Virus record (IMG/VR): IMGVR_UViG_3300020051_000004 | Source of the DNA: a virus | DNA: 64,000 nt | Strand: one strand, 5' to 3' | Notes under the pieces: generated by a model | What the model saw: the letters and a program-made list of their open reading frames with translations, nothing else | Told to the model about the DNA's origin: nothing | Databases searched by the model: none | Shown here: piece after piece, positions 20,647-30,152 of the stretch | How the letters are laid out: each line of letters begins with the position of its first letter | Position numbering within the stretch: the stretch's first letter is position 1 | Made by a program: the position numbers and the translations under genes

Positions 20647-21683
20647 ATGACACTGTGGCTGAATAGTTCACCAATCTTGTCTCTATGTCGCTCAAAAGGT
20701 GGAAATCCATAAAAATATCCAAACGAGCGGCTCATTTTTTCAGTAAGCTCTAGCAGTTTTCTCTGGCGCAATCCTTTATAAAGATAAACTTGTTTGATAA
20801 GCTCCTCGATTAACGCCAAAAACTTCATGGCGCGAACTATTTGAGAACATTTCTGAAATTCAGCGGGCGAAAAGTTGTTGGTTTTCTTGTATTCTTGAAG
20901 CAAGTGGTTTTCCATTTGCTCACTTAGAAAGAACTCGTATTTGAGAGAAAGAATGTCCAACAACCGATTGCCGCGAAAAGAATTTTCAAAATTAATCATG
21001 GAAAAACTTCCTTCGTGAAAAAGTAACCTTGAAGGAGAGATTTCGCCGTGACAAAAATTAGAGCCCTCCATTGAAGCGTCGTATAGGTTTTTGATGATGT
21101 TTTTGGTTTCCCCTGTTTCCTTGAAACATAAATCAATGATTTCCTGATCTTCGCCGAAATCTGCTTTGCGCAACTCTGAGTATAAAAAACTTTCGGCCCC
21201 AAAATAATTATCTGCTAGTTTTTCGCTGAACGAAGGAAGACTTTGACAATTTTCTTGCAGAGAGTTTAAGAACGACAAAAAACCCTGTTCGTTTTGAGAT
21301 AGCGTTGATTTCCCAAAAGACGCGCAGTTGTCCTTGTTGATCCAAGTGGACAAAGAATAATTTGCGCCATAATCTTTAATTTCTCCAAGGCGAATTGGAA
21401 TTGGAAATCCGCCGCCAAATTTTAATTCTTCCAGAGCCGCGAAATCTTTTTGCAAGGATTTATTTAAAGCGTCCAAAGATATTTTTGCCAAGAATTGGCC
21501 TTTATTTGAGACTATCCTGTAGGAATCGTAGTCATCGTTATTGTCAACAACAAAAGTTTGAGAAATTTCACCAAGATTATTTTTGGCCGCGATAGTTTTT
21601 AAGATGTTTTTTTCTGTGTCAGTTGTTTGAGGAGAACTGGCAAAAATGTAAACTTTATCTCGGAGAATGTTTTCGATTCGCAT
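20643..21683 (-). CDS. Aminoglycoside-phosphotransferase/choline-kinase-like protein, probably catalytically degenerate
   Basis: APH-like layout with FCHGEI (for HGD) and MINFE (for IDFE). Confidence 0.6.
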   Translation of the reverse strand: MRIENILRDKVYIFASSPQTTDTEKNILKTIAAKNNLGEISQTFVVDNNDDYDSYRIVSNKGQFLAKISLDALNKSLQKDFAALEELKFGGGFPIPIRLGEIKDYGANYSLSTWINKDNCASFGKSTLSQNEQGFLSFLNSLQENCQSLPSFSEKLADNYFGAESFLYSELRKADFGEDQEIIDLCFKETGETKNIIKNLYDASMEGSNFCHGEISPSRLLFHEGSFSMINFENSFRGNRLLDILSLKYEFFLSEQMENHLLQEYKKTNNFSPAEFQKCSQIVRAMKFLALIEELIKQVYLYKGLRQRKLLELTEKMSRSFGYFYGFPPFERHRDKIGELFSHSVI

Positions 21684-21696
21684 GTTTATATTAACG

Positions 21697-21733
21697 GAAA
21701 ACCCCGAACCACCTTTCGATAGTTCAGGGTTTC
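21697..21733 (-). terminator. Rho-independent terminator
   Basis: Minus strand CCCUGAACUAUC-GAAA-GGUGGUUCGGGG-UUUU, with G-U pairs favouring this strand. Confidence 0.75.
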
Positions 21734-21759
21734 AGAACATCTCGTTCTAAGGCATTTGA

Positions 21760-21942
21760 TTAGTTGACACCAATTACGCTAGTCTTAGCTAGCTTGCGAA
21801 GGCGATTTTTGTTTCGATCAAAGACCGTGAGATAACAGCGTGTCATGCTGCGAGCTTGAGCGTTAAACCGCTCTCCTTGCTTAGTAGAAAGAGTGAAGAA
21901 GCGGCCTTTGGTTAGCTTTAGAGTATGTTCGATGTTTTCCAT
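21760..21942 (-). CDS. Hypothetical protein (small beta-barrel-like)
   Basis: 60 aa, with an A/C-rich leader, upstream CGTTAATAT motif and downstream terminator. Confidence 0.65.
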   Translation of the reverse strand: MENIEHTLKLTKGRFFTLSTKQGERFNAQARSMTRCYLTVFDRNKNRLRKLAKTSVIGVN

Positions 21943-21997
21943 GTGTTTTAGGGGTGTGATATATTAACGGTTAAATTAGCGAGGTCTGTCGTTTATT

Positions 21998-22240
21998 TTA
22001 TACTTTTTTAAGAGTCGCTCCTTTTGCGAATGAAAGGATAACGGCCTTGTTTTTGAGGGTAGTATAAGTTCCTCTAATAATAACTCCATCTTCAATTTCA
22101 AACCCTTCTGTTTTAATTGCGTGTCCATTTTCATCTGCACTTGTTTCAAGGATTAATTTGAAATTATTTTCATTTTGGCTCGCGACAATTTCTTGTTCTG
22201 GAGTTAGTTTTATAGATTTAACGGCTAGTGTGTGGCTCAT
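21998..22240 (-). CDS. Hypothetical protein
   Basis: 80 aa ORF co-oriented with neighbours. Confidence 0.6.
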   Translation of the reverse strand: MSHTLAVKSIKLTPEQEIVASQNENNFKLILETSADENGHAIKTEGFEIEDGVIIRGTYTTLKNKAVILSFAKGATLKKV

Positions 22241-22292
22241 GTTTTTACTTTGGTATGTGGTGAATTAACGTGTTAGGCGGAGAGTTTTATCT

Positions 22293-22598
22293 CTAAATCT
22301 GATTGTTTTCTGGATTTTCGTAGTCGATTGTTTCGTTGAATTTTTCCATTTCAGCATCACAATCGTTCTTGATTTTTTTAACAGCCAAAAAAGCGGCGCT
22401 ACCAAAGTCTTCATTTGATCTAAGTGCTGCGTTAATTAGCGTCATATGTTCGCAGGCAATAGAAAAAAGATGAACCCTTTTTAAAAGGTATCCTAGTGGC
22501 AAAGGGTCTTTTAAGCCTCCTTCGCTTCCTCTTTGTAATGACTTTTGCAATAGTTGTCTAAATTTCTTTTCAGTAAATCGTGGTTTTTTCTTGGGCAT
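22293..22598 (-). CDS. Hypothetical protein
   Basis: ORF tiled between neighbours; start ATG chosen just after the upstream stop. Confidence 0.55.
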   Translation of the reverse strand: MPKKKPRFTEKKFRQLLQKSLQRGSEGGLKDPLPLGYLLKRVHLFSIACEHMTLINAALRSNEDFGSAAFLAVKKIKNDCDAEMEKFNETIDYENPENNQI

Positions 22599-22599
22599 A

Positions 22600-22812
22600 T
22601 TATTTTGGGTTTTCAATTAATTTTGGGTCTTTTTTGCCAGCCTTCTTAAAAATTGTCTCTCTAAAATCATCACACATTTTCGATAACTCTTCTGCGTCAA
22701 CTTCTGACAGTGGGAATCCGCTCTCAAACGAGATCCCTTGCTGTCTTGCAACAGGTGGAAGAATTGGTATTACGAAGTTAGGAGCCTGAAATGGTTTTAG
22801 TTGTAGGTTCAT
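22600..22812 (-). CDS. Hypothetical protein
   Basis: 70 aa ORF tiled in operon. Confidence 0.6.
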   Translation of the reverse strand: MNLQLKPFQAPNFVIPILPPVARQQGISFESGFPLSEVDAEELSKMCDDFRETIFKKAGKKDPKLIENPK

Positions 22813-22817
22813 GTTGT

Positions 22818-23075
22818 TTAATAAGATAGTTCTTTTATGACTCGCCTGTACAGCTTAGCTTTTCCCTTGCAGTCATCTGAAATTGTAACGCAGTTTCCCC
22901 ATGCGTCGTATTTTTCTGAAAACGAAACGGTATTGACTGTCAATCTAGCGTATTCCTCCAGTTTCTCAGCTTCTTCAGTCAAGAGTCGCGCCAAAAATTT
23001 TGGCTTTTCAATGATCGTTTTAATATGTTCTCTTGCGTTCTCTGGGATTTTCATTAATGGGCTATTTTTATTCAC
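22818..23075 (-). CDS. Hypothetical protein
   Basis: 85 aa, GTGA overlap with the Clp ATPase stop. Confidence 0.55.
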   Translation of the reverse strand: MNKNSPLMKIPENAREHIKTIIEKPKFLARLLTEEAEKLEEYARLTVNTVSFSEKYDAWGNCVTISDDCKGKAKLYRRVIKELSY

Positions 23076-25396
23076 GACAGTTCGATTTTATTATTTTCAG
23101 CCTTTACATTAATGGTTTTTGGCCTCTTGTCAAGAATAAACTTTGCCAGCGGCACATCTAATTTTCGCCGCACTGTTGTTTGAATTTCTCGCGAGTGGGA
23201 GTTTTGGGCTTTAATTTCTTTTAGGAGCATCGGGGCCACACTAGAGTCAATAACCACTGACACGCCAGAGTCTCTTAGTTTTTCAACTGTTTGGTTAATG
23301 AACTTGTTTAGGATATTAGTCATCATTTCGTCACTCATATCCTTAAACACAACAATCTCATCTACTCGGGCTCGAAATTCGGGCGCGAAATCTTTTTGCG
23401 CCGCTTTTTCGTGATGATCTGTTGAAGGCTGAACGTTAAACCCAAGACTTTTTGGCGGCTCGCTTCCACTGTTTGTCGTGAGGATAACGATTGTGTTGGT
23501 GAAATCAACCCTGAACCCTTGACCATCAGTGAGATAACCGTCATCCATGATTTGGAGTAGGAGGTTGTGAATGCTTCTGTCTGCTTTTTCAATTTCATCG
23601 AATAGGACGACGCACGATGGATTATGCTTTACAAACTCAGTTAATCGCCCGCCATTTTCATATCCCACGTATCCAGCCGTTGTTCCAATGAGTGAAGAGC
23701 TAGAAAAACGCTCTGAGAACTCGCTCATGTCTAGTTTTAGGATAGCTTTTTCGTCTCCAAAATAATGAGCGGCCAAATCTTTTGAGAGTTGTGTTTTGCC
23801 GAGGCCAGTTCCTCCAACAAACATAAACTTTCCGAGTGGTTTGTTCTTATCTCTGAGTCCCACTTTTGAACATAGCAATACATCGCATACTTTGTCAATC
23901 GCGTGATCTTGACCAAAGATTGCGACCTTTAGTTTATCCGCCAACCCATCAATTCCAGACGTTTGCAGTTGTTTTAGTTGGTTTTCAGTGATTTTGTGTT
24001 TTTCGGCGAAAGTTGCTAAGGCTTTTTGAGGAGTAATCAGAGGAACGTTTTGTTCGATTTGTTCCATCCATTTGTTGAGTTTTTTGGCCCACTTTTCTAG
24101 CTTGCGATTAAATTTCTCAAACTCAGGAGAGTTTTCCTTCATGTTTGGGCTGACTTTATCTATAATGTTTTGCCACTCTTCGTGTAGTTTCGGCGGATGA
24201 GTAAAATGCTCATTTTTTGAACGCGCCCCAAGAAAATCTAGAGTGTCAAATGCCTTTTCTGGAAAACGGCGATATGGAACGAACTTTTCGCAAAGGTCTA
24301 AAACCATGTCGATTGTTTCGGGCGGGAACTCTGCAAAGTGACATTCTTCTAGTTCGTGAATGGAATTGATTAGAATTTGCCGCGTTTCTTCTTTTGTTGG
24401 CTCTTTGACTCTAATGATCTCAAAAAGGTTTGCCATTGACTGGTCTTTTTCAATGCTCTTTTTATAATCAGCCTGAGTAACCGTCGCAAGGCAAGAAACA
24501 TTTGGGCGGGCCAAAATACTTTTCAAAAAGTTGGACACATCACTTGGACCTTCTTTAAATCCGCTACCAGACACTACTTGGAAATCTGGGATAACCAATA
24601 CAGCATTACCATGGCTCGCTAATTCTTCTGACAAGTTTCGGAATCGACTTTCGATAGAGCCCATCATTGCTGTGCCAGCTACAACAGCCGTAACATCTAG
24701 TTCAAAAAATGTTTTGGCCCGCAATACTTCTGAGCTTTTGCCGCTGTTAATTTTTTCAATAACGCCGCGAATAATACTCTTACGGCCAACGCCCGCATCA
24801 CCAATCAAAACAGCGTTGCCCTTTTTATGTCGGCAAAGAATATCTAGGATATTGGAAATTTCTTCGGCGCGGCCATAAATTTTCTGAGGCTCAGTTCCGT
24901 ATTCAAATGATAAGTTTTTGCAGAATCTTTCGATTGTTGGAAAAGTTTCTTTGCCGCTTTCTTCGTCGTCACTTTCTGAGTTTCCTTTGAGGGTAAGCAT
25001 GTCAGATGTTTTCTCTAAGATACTTTCGATAGGATAATCGTAAATCCCGAAATAACTCCTAATAGTTGGCGAAGAATTAAGAATTTCGTGAAAAACATGC
25101 TCTGTATCAAAGAACCCAAAACCAAGAGTTTCGGCGGAATCTTGGGCTTCTTTTAGGACTGAATTATATTCTTCTTCGCAATCTTCAAAAATCTTTGGAA
25201 ACACTTCTGGCAACTTGTCGAGTAAACTGGCGCTAACAGCATCAGCGTCAATTCCAAATGTGGCCAATAAAAATTTAAACTTACTCTCCTTTAAGAGTTG
25301 CGCGAACAAATCGACAACATTGTTTGGGCGGCTATTCTTTTTTGCTGATTTTTCGGATTGTTCAAGATGGTAAAGAAGGCTGGGGGTTTTTTGCAT
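23072..25396 (-). CDS. ClpA/ClpB/ClpC-family AAA+ ATPase
   Basis: Clp N-domain (DTEHV), degenerate D1 and intact D2 (GGTGLGKT, LDMSEF, LIG...GYVGY, VLFDEIEKA, LLQIMDDG.LTD). Confidence 0.9.
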   Translation of the reverse strand: MQKTPSLLYHLEQSEKSAKKNSRPNNVVDLFAQLLKESKFKFLLATFGIDADAVSASLLDKLPEVFPKIFEDCEEEYNSVLKEAQDSAETLGFGFFDTEHVFHEILNSSPTIRSYFGIYDYPIESILEKTSDMLTLKGNSESDDEESGKETFPTIERFCKNLSFEYGTEPQKIYGRAEEISNILDILCRHKKGNAVLIGDAGVGRKSIIRGVIEKINSGKSSEVLRAKTFFELDVTAVVAGTAMMGSIESRFRNLSEELASHGNAVLVIPDFQVVSGSGFKEGPSDVSNFLKSILARPNVSCLATVTQADYKKSIEKDQSMANLFEIIRVKEPTKEETRQILINSIHELEECHFAEFPPETIDMVLDLCEKFVPYRRFPEKAFDTLDFLGARSKNEHFTHPPKLHEEWQNIIDKVSPNMKENSPEFEKFNRKLEKWAKKLNKWMEQIEQNVPLITPQKALATFAEKHKITENQLKQLQTSGIDGLADKLKVAIFGQDHAIDKVCDVLLCSKVGLRDKNKPLGKFMFVGGTGLGKTQLSKDLAAHYFGDEKAILKLDMSEFSERFSSSSLIGTTAGYVGYENGGRLTEFVKHNPSCVVLFDEIEKADRSIHNLLLQIMDDGYLTDGQGFRVDFTNTIVILTTNSGSEPPKSLGFNVQPSTDHHEKAAQKDFAPEFRARVDEIVVFKDMSDEMMTNILNKFINQTVEKLRDSGVSVVIDSSVAPMLLKEIKAQNSHSREIQTTVRRKLDVPLAKFILDKRPKTINVKAENNKIELS

Positions 25397-25405
25397 ATGA
25401 GAAGG

Positions 25406-25669
25406 TTAATCTGGGATAGTGATTTCGTCAATTACTTTATGGTAGATAGATTTAATAGACTTTTCGTGCCGAGACTTTTTTTCATGAGCCTCCTTGATGG
25501 TGCTAATGAGTTGTTCTTTTGAGTCAAAACGTTTCGGCGTACCGTTTATATCGTAAGGTTTTCTTAACTCTTCTAGTGATGGCGTAAGATAAATACATCC
25601 AAACCTTTGTTTTGCATAAAACCATTTGCCAGTGTCGTTGCCTGTTTCGTAGATTCTGTATGTTGTCAT
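25406..25669 (-). CDS. Hypothetical protein
   Basis: 87 aa ORF in operon. Confidence 0.55.
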   Translation of the reverse strand: MTTYRIYETGNDTGKWFYAKQRFGCIYLTPSLEELRKPYDINGTPKRFDSKEQLISTIKEAHEKKSRHEKSIKSIYHKVIDEITIPD

Positions 25670-25677
25670 ATTTTTAA

Positions 25678-26859
25678 TTACTTCACTTGTGAAAGGCGGG
25701 TATAAATAGTTTCTTCGACAATTGAGAACTTGTCAATCATCAAAAGATCGCCAAACTTCTTCCCTACCACCGTTACCACAGAATCTTCTTCTGGCACTGG
25801 TAGTTTTTCTTCAAGGTGGCGGGACCATTTGTTGTCTTTGGCATTATCACCAAACATTCCAGATAGTTTGCCACTTTCATCAGAGATAGAAAGCATCATG
25901 TATTTATTGCCTTTTTTGGAGGTTGTCTTTTTTACTTCAGTCACTACTCCAACAATACGCACAGTTTCATTATCGTCAAGAGAATTAAACTCTAGAATGG
26001 GGGTAAAAGAGTGTTTTGACTCTTCAAACACTTCTCGTAAGGTATAACTGTATGAATACCCAAGCATTTCGCGCTCGAAATACCAGTTGCAGAATTTTTG
26101 GTGGCGAATGTTCTGGTCATAAATGGCTTTGTATTTACCATGCTCATCTCTCAACTTTTGAATACGCTTTTCAGTGAACGCGCTTTTGTTTTTTGCATTA
26201 ATGATTTTTCCTTCCGCGCCATCTTTTAGAGCGGCGAAAACGTCGTAATTATGATGCTCACCAAGCTCAAGAACAGCGAATTTTTCGTTCTCTGTGAGCT
26301 TATTAAACATCTGAGCTTCTAAGACCGTTTTGCAGCGATTTTCCCCAAAGGAATCCAAACATCCAGCCTGAATAAGAGTACAGAGAACGCCAATATTAAG
26401 CCCGCAGTCTTTGGCGGTTTGAAATACTTCGTACTTGTTTTTAAATTCGTGGCCGCGAAATGTTAGGAGGTTTTGGATGCTCTTTTCTGAGATTCCTTTG
26501 ATTGCATCCATGCCAAATCTTAAGTTGTTCCCCTCAATAGAGAAGCTTTCCTTTGATTTTGATAGGTCGGGCGGGAGAAGTTTAATATTAAACAGACCTA
26601 GCTCTTGGGTGATTTTAAACACTTCGGCGAGAGAATCTGGCTCATATTTAGACATTATGAGCAGTGATAGGAAAAACTCTTTAGGGTAATTGAATTTAAG
26701 ATACGTGCAAATTTCGGCAGTTGAGGCATAGGCGACGGCATGAGAATTACTGACGCAAATATCATTGCAGAAGAAATTATGATCTGGGTCGTCAATTTCT
26801 AAATCAATGGTGTTTTTAATTCCGATAGGTGTGATTTTTTTTATTTTGAATGCCTTCAT
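25678..26859 (-). CDS. dnaE: DNA polymerase III alpha, C-terminal half, preceded by split-intein C fragment (aa 1-38)
   Basis: Int-C ends HNFFCNDICVSN, then SHAVAY...YLKFNYP.EF, LRFGMDAIKGI (HhH) and a C-terminal OB fold. Confidence 0.93.
   Translation of the reverse strand: MKAFKIKKITPIGIKNTIDLEIDDPDHNFFCNDICVSNSHAVAYASTAEICTYLKFNYPKEFFLSLLIMSKYEPDSLAEVFKITQELGLFNIKLLPPDLSKSKESFSIEGNNLRFGMDAIKGISEKSIQNLLTFRGHEFKNKYEVFQTAKDCGLNIGVLCTLIQAGCLDSFGENRCKTVLEAQMFNKLTENEKFAVLELGEHHNYDVFAALKDGAEGKIINAKNKSAFTEKRIQKLRDEHGKYKAIYDQNIRHQKFCNWYFEREMLGYSYSYTLREVFEESKHSFTPILEFNSLDDNETVRIVGVVTEVKKTTSKKGNKYMMLSISDESGKLSGMFGDNAKDNKWSRHLEEKLPVPEEDSVVTVVGKKFGDLLMIDKFSIVEETIYTRLSQVK
26746..26859 (-). other. Split intein C-terminal fragment (38 aa)
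   Basis: Blocks F/G: TIDLEI...HNFFCNDICVSN, with +1 residue Ser. Confidence 0.9.
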
Positions 26860-27813
26860 TTGATATTATACTGCGTGCAAATTACCTTATACGATTTTCT
26901 AAAGAATGAATCTAAATCCTTTTCTTCTTTTAAAGAAGCTGCCAAAGCTATTGGTTTCTCCCCATCAAGGATAAAAAATCTATTTGAACGTAAATTTAGT
27001 CATATTGATAGTCGATTTGTTATTGACGGTAGAGATGAAATCTTAACCGTATTAAAGGATTTGTCAACTGGAAAAATTTACAAAACACTTAATTCTAAAA
27101 CATTGGGCATTTCTGCTGGGTTCAAGCCAACAAGAAAAGATATGCTTGCGTTTTGCACTTTAAAAAATAATCGTGCTTATATGGCGACAATAGGAGGAAT
27201 AAAATTTAAAAATCTTAATACCAATCCAGTTAAAGTTCAATCTTATTTAGATAAATACAACACAGAGAGTCGAAGGGCAAATCAAAAGGAAAACCGCGCA
27301 AAAAATATTGAAAGAGATAAAAAGAAAATGCAGGAATGGAAAGATCGGAATCGCGCTCATATGAGGAAGTATAATAATACCTATACTCTTTCCCGACGAG
27401 AGAAAGATATTTCTTTCAGAGTGAGGATGAACCTTCGTGCTCGATTAAGGATGGCTTTGATTGGAGAAACGAAGAGCGGTTCCATACTTGATTTAATGGG
27501 ATGTTCGATGGATTTTTTAAGAAATCATATCGAAAGTCAATTTATAGATGGTATGTCTTGGAATAACTACGCTAAAGTTTGGACCATTGATCATATTATC
27601 CCCTGTTCGTTTTTCGATTTGTCTATTGAAGACCATCAGAGAATGTGTTGTTATTATAAAAATTTGAGGCCGCTTTGTAAAATTGAAAATAGCAAAAAAT
27701 TCAATCATTTACCAGACAACTACCGAAGCTTTATCTCGGATAACCTCATTGAAGCATCGCTTTATCCCGTCACTGCATACAAACTTATGCTCGCTGGACA
27801 CGCGAATCTTTGA
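26860..27813 (+). CDS. HNH-type homing endonuclease, antisense, between the two dnaE halves
   Basis: LMGCS...HIESQF..GMSWNNY..W.IDHIIPCS.FDL...NLRPL...EN..K, a His-Me nuclease family common in large viruses. Start codon uncertain. Confidence 0.85.
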   Translation: MILYCVQITLYDFLKNESKSFSSFKEAAKAIGFSPSRIKNLFERKFSHIDSRFVIDGRDEILTVLKDLSTGKIYKTLNSKTLGISAGFKPTRKDMLAFCTLKNNRAYMATIGGIKFKNLNTNPVKVQSYLDKYNTESRRANQKENRAKNIERDKKKMQEWKDRNRAHMRKYNNTYTLSRREKDISFRVRMNLRARLRMALIGETKSGSILDLMGCSMDFLRNHIESQFIDGMSWNNYAKVWTIDHIIPCSFFDLSIEDHQRMCCYYKNLRPLCKIENSKKFNHLPDNYRSFISDNLIEASLYPVTAYKLMLAGHANL

Positions 27814-27990
27814 TCCATTTTCCAGTTCGACCTCAAAGATTTCTACCTTATTTTGATAAGTGTTTTTTACGGTAGTTTTTTTGCGTCTTTGAGCTTCAAT
27901 GTCCCATGAATATACGGAATCTCCAGAGAGTATGTCTTTAATCATTTTAGGGCCATCCTTCGTATTTACGATTTCGTCTTCAAAAATGCA
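27709..27990 (-). other. Split intein N-terminal fragment (93 aa)
   Basis: Block A CIFEDEIVNTKDG.K.IKDI..GD.V, block B IRVSSEHKF, then a stop codon. Confidence 0.9.
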
Positions 27991-29484
27991 GCGATTAAAT
28001 GAATAATCGGCAGAAGCAATCATGGCGTCCCAGAAAAATTTTGCCACCTCCTCGGGAATACCTTTTGCTTTTGCATTGTCAAAAATGACGGGTTTCCAGA
28101 CCTCCATTTCTTCTTTCTTTTTTTTGCCCGTTGCACGGCGCACGCTTTCTGCGTCCAGCAAAGACAGTCCGAATACTTCATGGCAGACCCTCATGATAGT
28201 TTCTTGGAAGAGAATTGTTCCTTTCGTCTCATCTAGGATTTTATCAAGTGATGGCCATCTTTTTTCTGAGTCCTTTAAGTGGTTTTTGACCTTAACGTAC
28301 TCATCCACAAAACTTAAACTGCCAGGACGACTTAGTGACAGGACATCGCTAAGCTCGTCTAGGTTTTTCGGCTGAACTTTCTGACAAACTTTGAAGCCAA
28401 CATCCGTCTCAATTTGAAAGATTCCTTGCGGAGCCAATAAATTTTGCAAGTGAATATATGTTTTCTCTTTTGGGATTTCAAAATCCTTAAAGTTAATTCC
28501 AACCATCTTAGCGGTTCTCTCAATTACCGATAATGTCCGAAGGCCAAGAATATCAAACTTTACCATTAATGAGCCAACATCACCCATTTCAAATCCAGAG
28601 ATTATCTCTCCATCTTTTGTTGATTGGAGCGGCATCATATCATCAATTTTTTGAGCGCAAATCGCTAATCCCGAAGGATGAACTCCCGTATTCTTTACCA
28701 AGCCTTCAAGTTTGCACGCTACGCGATAGGATTTTGGGTATTGCTTTACATATTTTTCAAACGCAGGGCTTTCCTCTATAGCCTTTTCAAAATCAAGTAC
28801 TTTGCCGAATTTTTTAGGAATTGTGGCGCTGACATGATTAGCTTCGTCTTCCGTAGTTCCATCAACAATTTTTAAACACTCGCGCATACACGCCTTGCCA
28901 CTCAATGTATTTAGAGTCAGAATTTTACTGGTTTGACCAGCAAATTCATCATTGATAAACTTTATCACTTTTTCGCGACTTTGAAATTCAATGTCGTGGT
29001 CGCAATCTGGAAGAAGCGAGCCGTCTAAATAGGTTTTGCCGTCGCTGCCAGCGATTTTTTTTGCGCGGTTTTTGGATACAAACCTTTCAAAATAGAGTTT
29101 ATTTGGAATTGGATCAACATGCGTAACCTTAAGCATGTACAGTACAGCGGAACCGACACAGCTTCCGCGCCCCTTGCCCGTCACAATCCCCTGCTCATCG
29201 CAGAAATTTAGAATTTTCCAATTTAAAAGAATGTATGGGCAAAAACCAAGTTCCTCAAATGTGGAAAGCTCATATTTGATGCGGTCATAATATTCTTGAG
29301 CATTGTCAAGTTTATCAATGCCCTTTTCCTTTACTCCTTCCCAGCATAGTTTCCGAAGGAAGTTAAAGTCGGAAATATTTGGCGAAACACCAAGTTTTTC
29401 GTAAAATCTTGGCTCAATTGATACGGAGGGCAGAATAACGCCCTCTGCCAATGGCTTGTTTAGTGGTTGGAAGTCTTCAAACAT
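27709..29484 (-). CDS. dnaE: DNA polymerase III alpha, catalytic N-terminal half (no PHP), fused to split-intein N fragment
   Basis: GKGRGS.VGS, FERF, PDCDHD, GVHPSG, KFDILGL, GIFQ, RPG and FQE motifs; ends ADYSFNR followed by intein CIFED. Confidence 0.95.
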   Translation of the reverse strand: MFEDFQPLNKPLAEGVILPSVSIEPRFYEKLGVSPNISDFNFLRKLCWEGVKEKGIDKLDNAQEYYDRIKYELSTFEELGFCPYILLNWKILNFCDEQGIVTGKGRGSCVGSAVLYMLKVTHVDPIPNKLYFERFVSKNRAKKIAGSDGKTYLDGSLLPDCDHDIEFQSREKVIKFINDEFAGQTSKILTLNTLSGKACMRECLKIVDGTTEDEANHVSATIPKKFGKVLDFEKAIEESPAFEKYVKQYPKSYRVACKLEGLVKNTGVHPSGLAICAQKIDDMMPLQSTKDGEIISGFEMGDVGSLMVKFDILGLRTLSVIERTAKMVGINFKDFEIPKEKTYIHLQNLLAPQGIFQIETDVGFKVCQKVQPKNLDELSDVLSLSRPGSLSFVDEYVKVKNHLKDSEKRWPSLDKILDETKGTILFQETIMRVCHEVFGLSLLDAESVRRATGKKKKEEMEVWKPVIFDNAKAKGIPEEVAKFFWDAMIASADYSFNRCIFEDEIVNTKDGPKMIKDILSGDSVYSWDIEAQRRKKTTVKNTYQNKVEIFEVELENGSKIRVSSEHKFVCSDGIKRCFNEVIRDKASVVVW

Positions 29485-29713
29485 ATTTGTTATCTTTTTC
29501 TGAAATCCAAACAGCAAGGCAGTAACGCTGCTTTTCGGATAAAAATTTGTGGGTTTGGTAGTGGTTTCTAATTGATTTTAATTTTTCGCTTCTAGCTCCA
29601 GATGAAGCGACGAAAAGTTTTTCATCACTCATGTCAAGGTAATCTTCTGGACGAGAGAAGTCATCATTAAAAAGACCACTCCAAAAATTAGGAATCCAAT
29701 CTTCTGCTGCCAT
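29477..29713 (-). CDS. Hypothetical protein
   Basis: 78 aa ORF overlapping the dnaE start. Confidence 0.55.
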   Translation of the reverse strand: MAAEDWIPNFWSGLFNDDFSRPEDYLDMSDEKLFVASSGARSEKLKSIRNHYQTHKFLSEKQRYCLAVWISEKDNKYV

Positions 29714-29718
29714 ATAAA

Positions 29719-30150
29719 TTATTCTTTAAAATTATTTTTGTTTGGCCGCTCTATTTCTTTGGTTCCATCTGGACTTCTGCTGAATAGCTTGTCTAGCTTT
29801 GGCCCCATTCTACTTGACCAGCGTATTTTGCCATAACCAATGTCATCTTTCAAGCTGATTTTTGCTGTCTTGTAGTCGAATACTAGAGAATACCACATGA
29901 GTCTTTCTGTAACATATTCAAGAAATGAAGTCTTTTCTCCATGAGTGATGATTACATTTTTCTTGTAAATTTCGGCGAATTGTTCAAATGTATCTTCGCC
30001 CTCAATTAAAAGATGATGGTTTCGCCACTTTTTATAAGTTGACGGTTTAGAACTTAAGATTTCTTCAATTTGCGGCCTAAAATATTCTGAGATTTCGTGA
30101 TACTTTTCAGAGTACTCTGGCGGGGCTGGGTAGAGGCATTTAGGATGCAT
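29719..30150 (-). CDS. Hypothetical protein
   Basis: 143 aa ORF in operon. Confidence 0.6.
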   Translation of the reverse strand: MHPKCLYPAPPEYSEKYHEISEYFRPQIEEILSSKPSTYKKWRNHHLLIEGEDTFEQFAEIYKKNVIITHGEKTSFLEYVTERLMWYSLVFDYKTAKISLKDDIGYGKIRWSSRMGPKLDKLFSRSPDGTKEIERPNKNNFKE

Positions 30151-30152
30151 TT

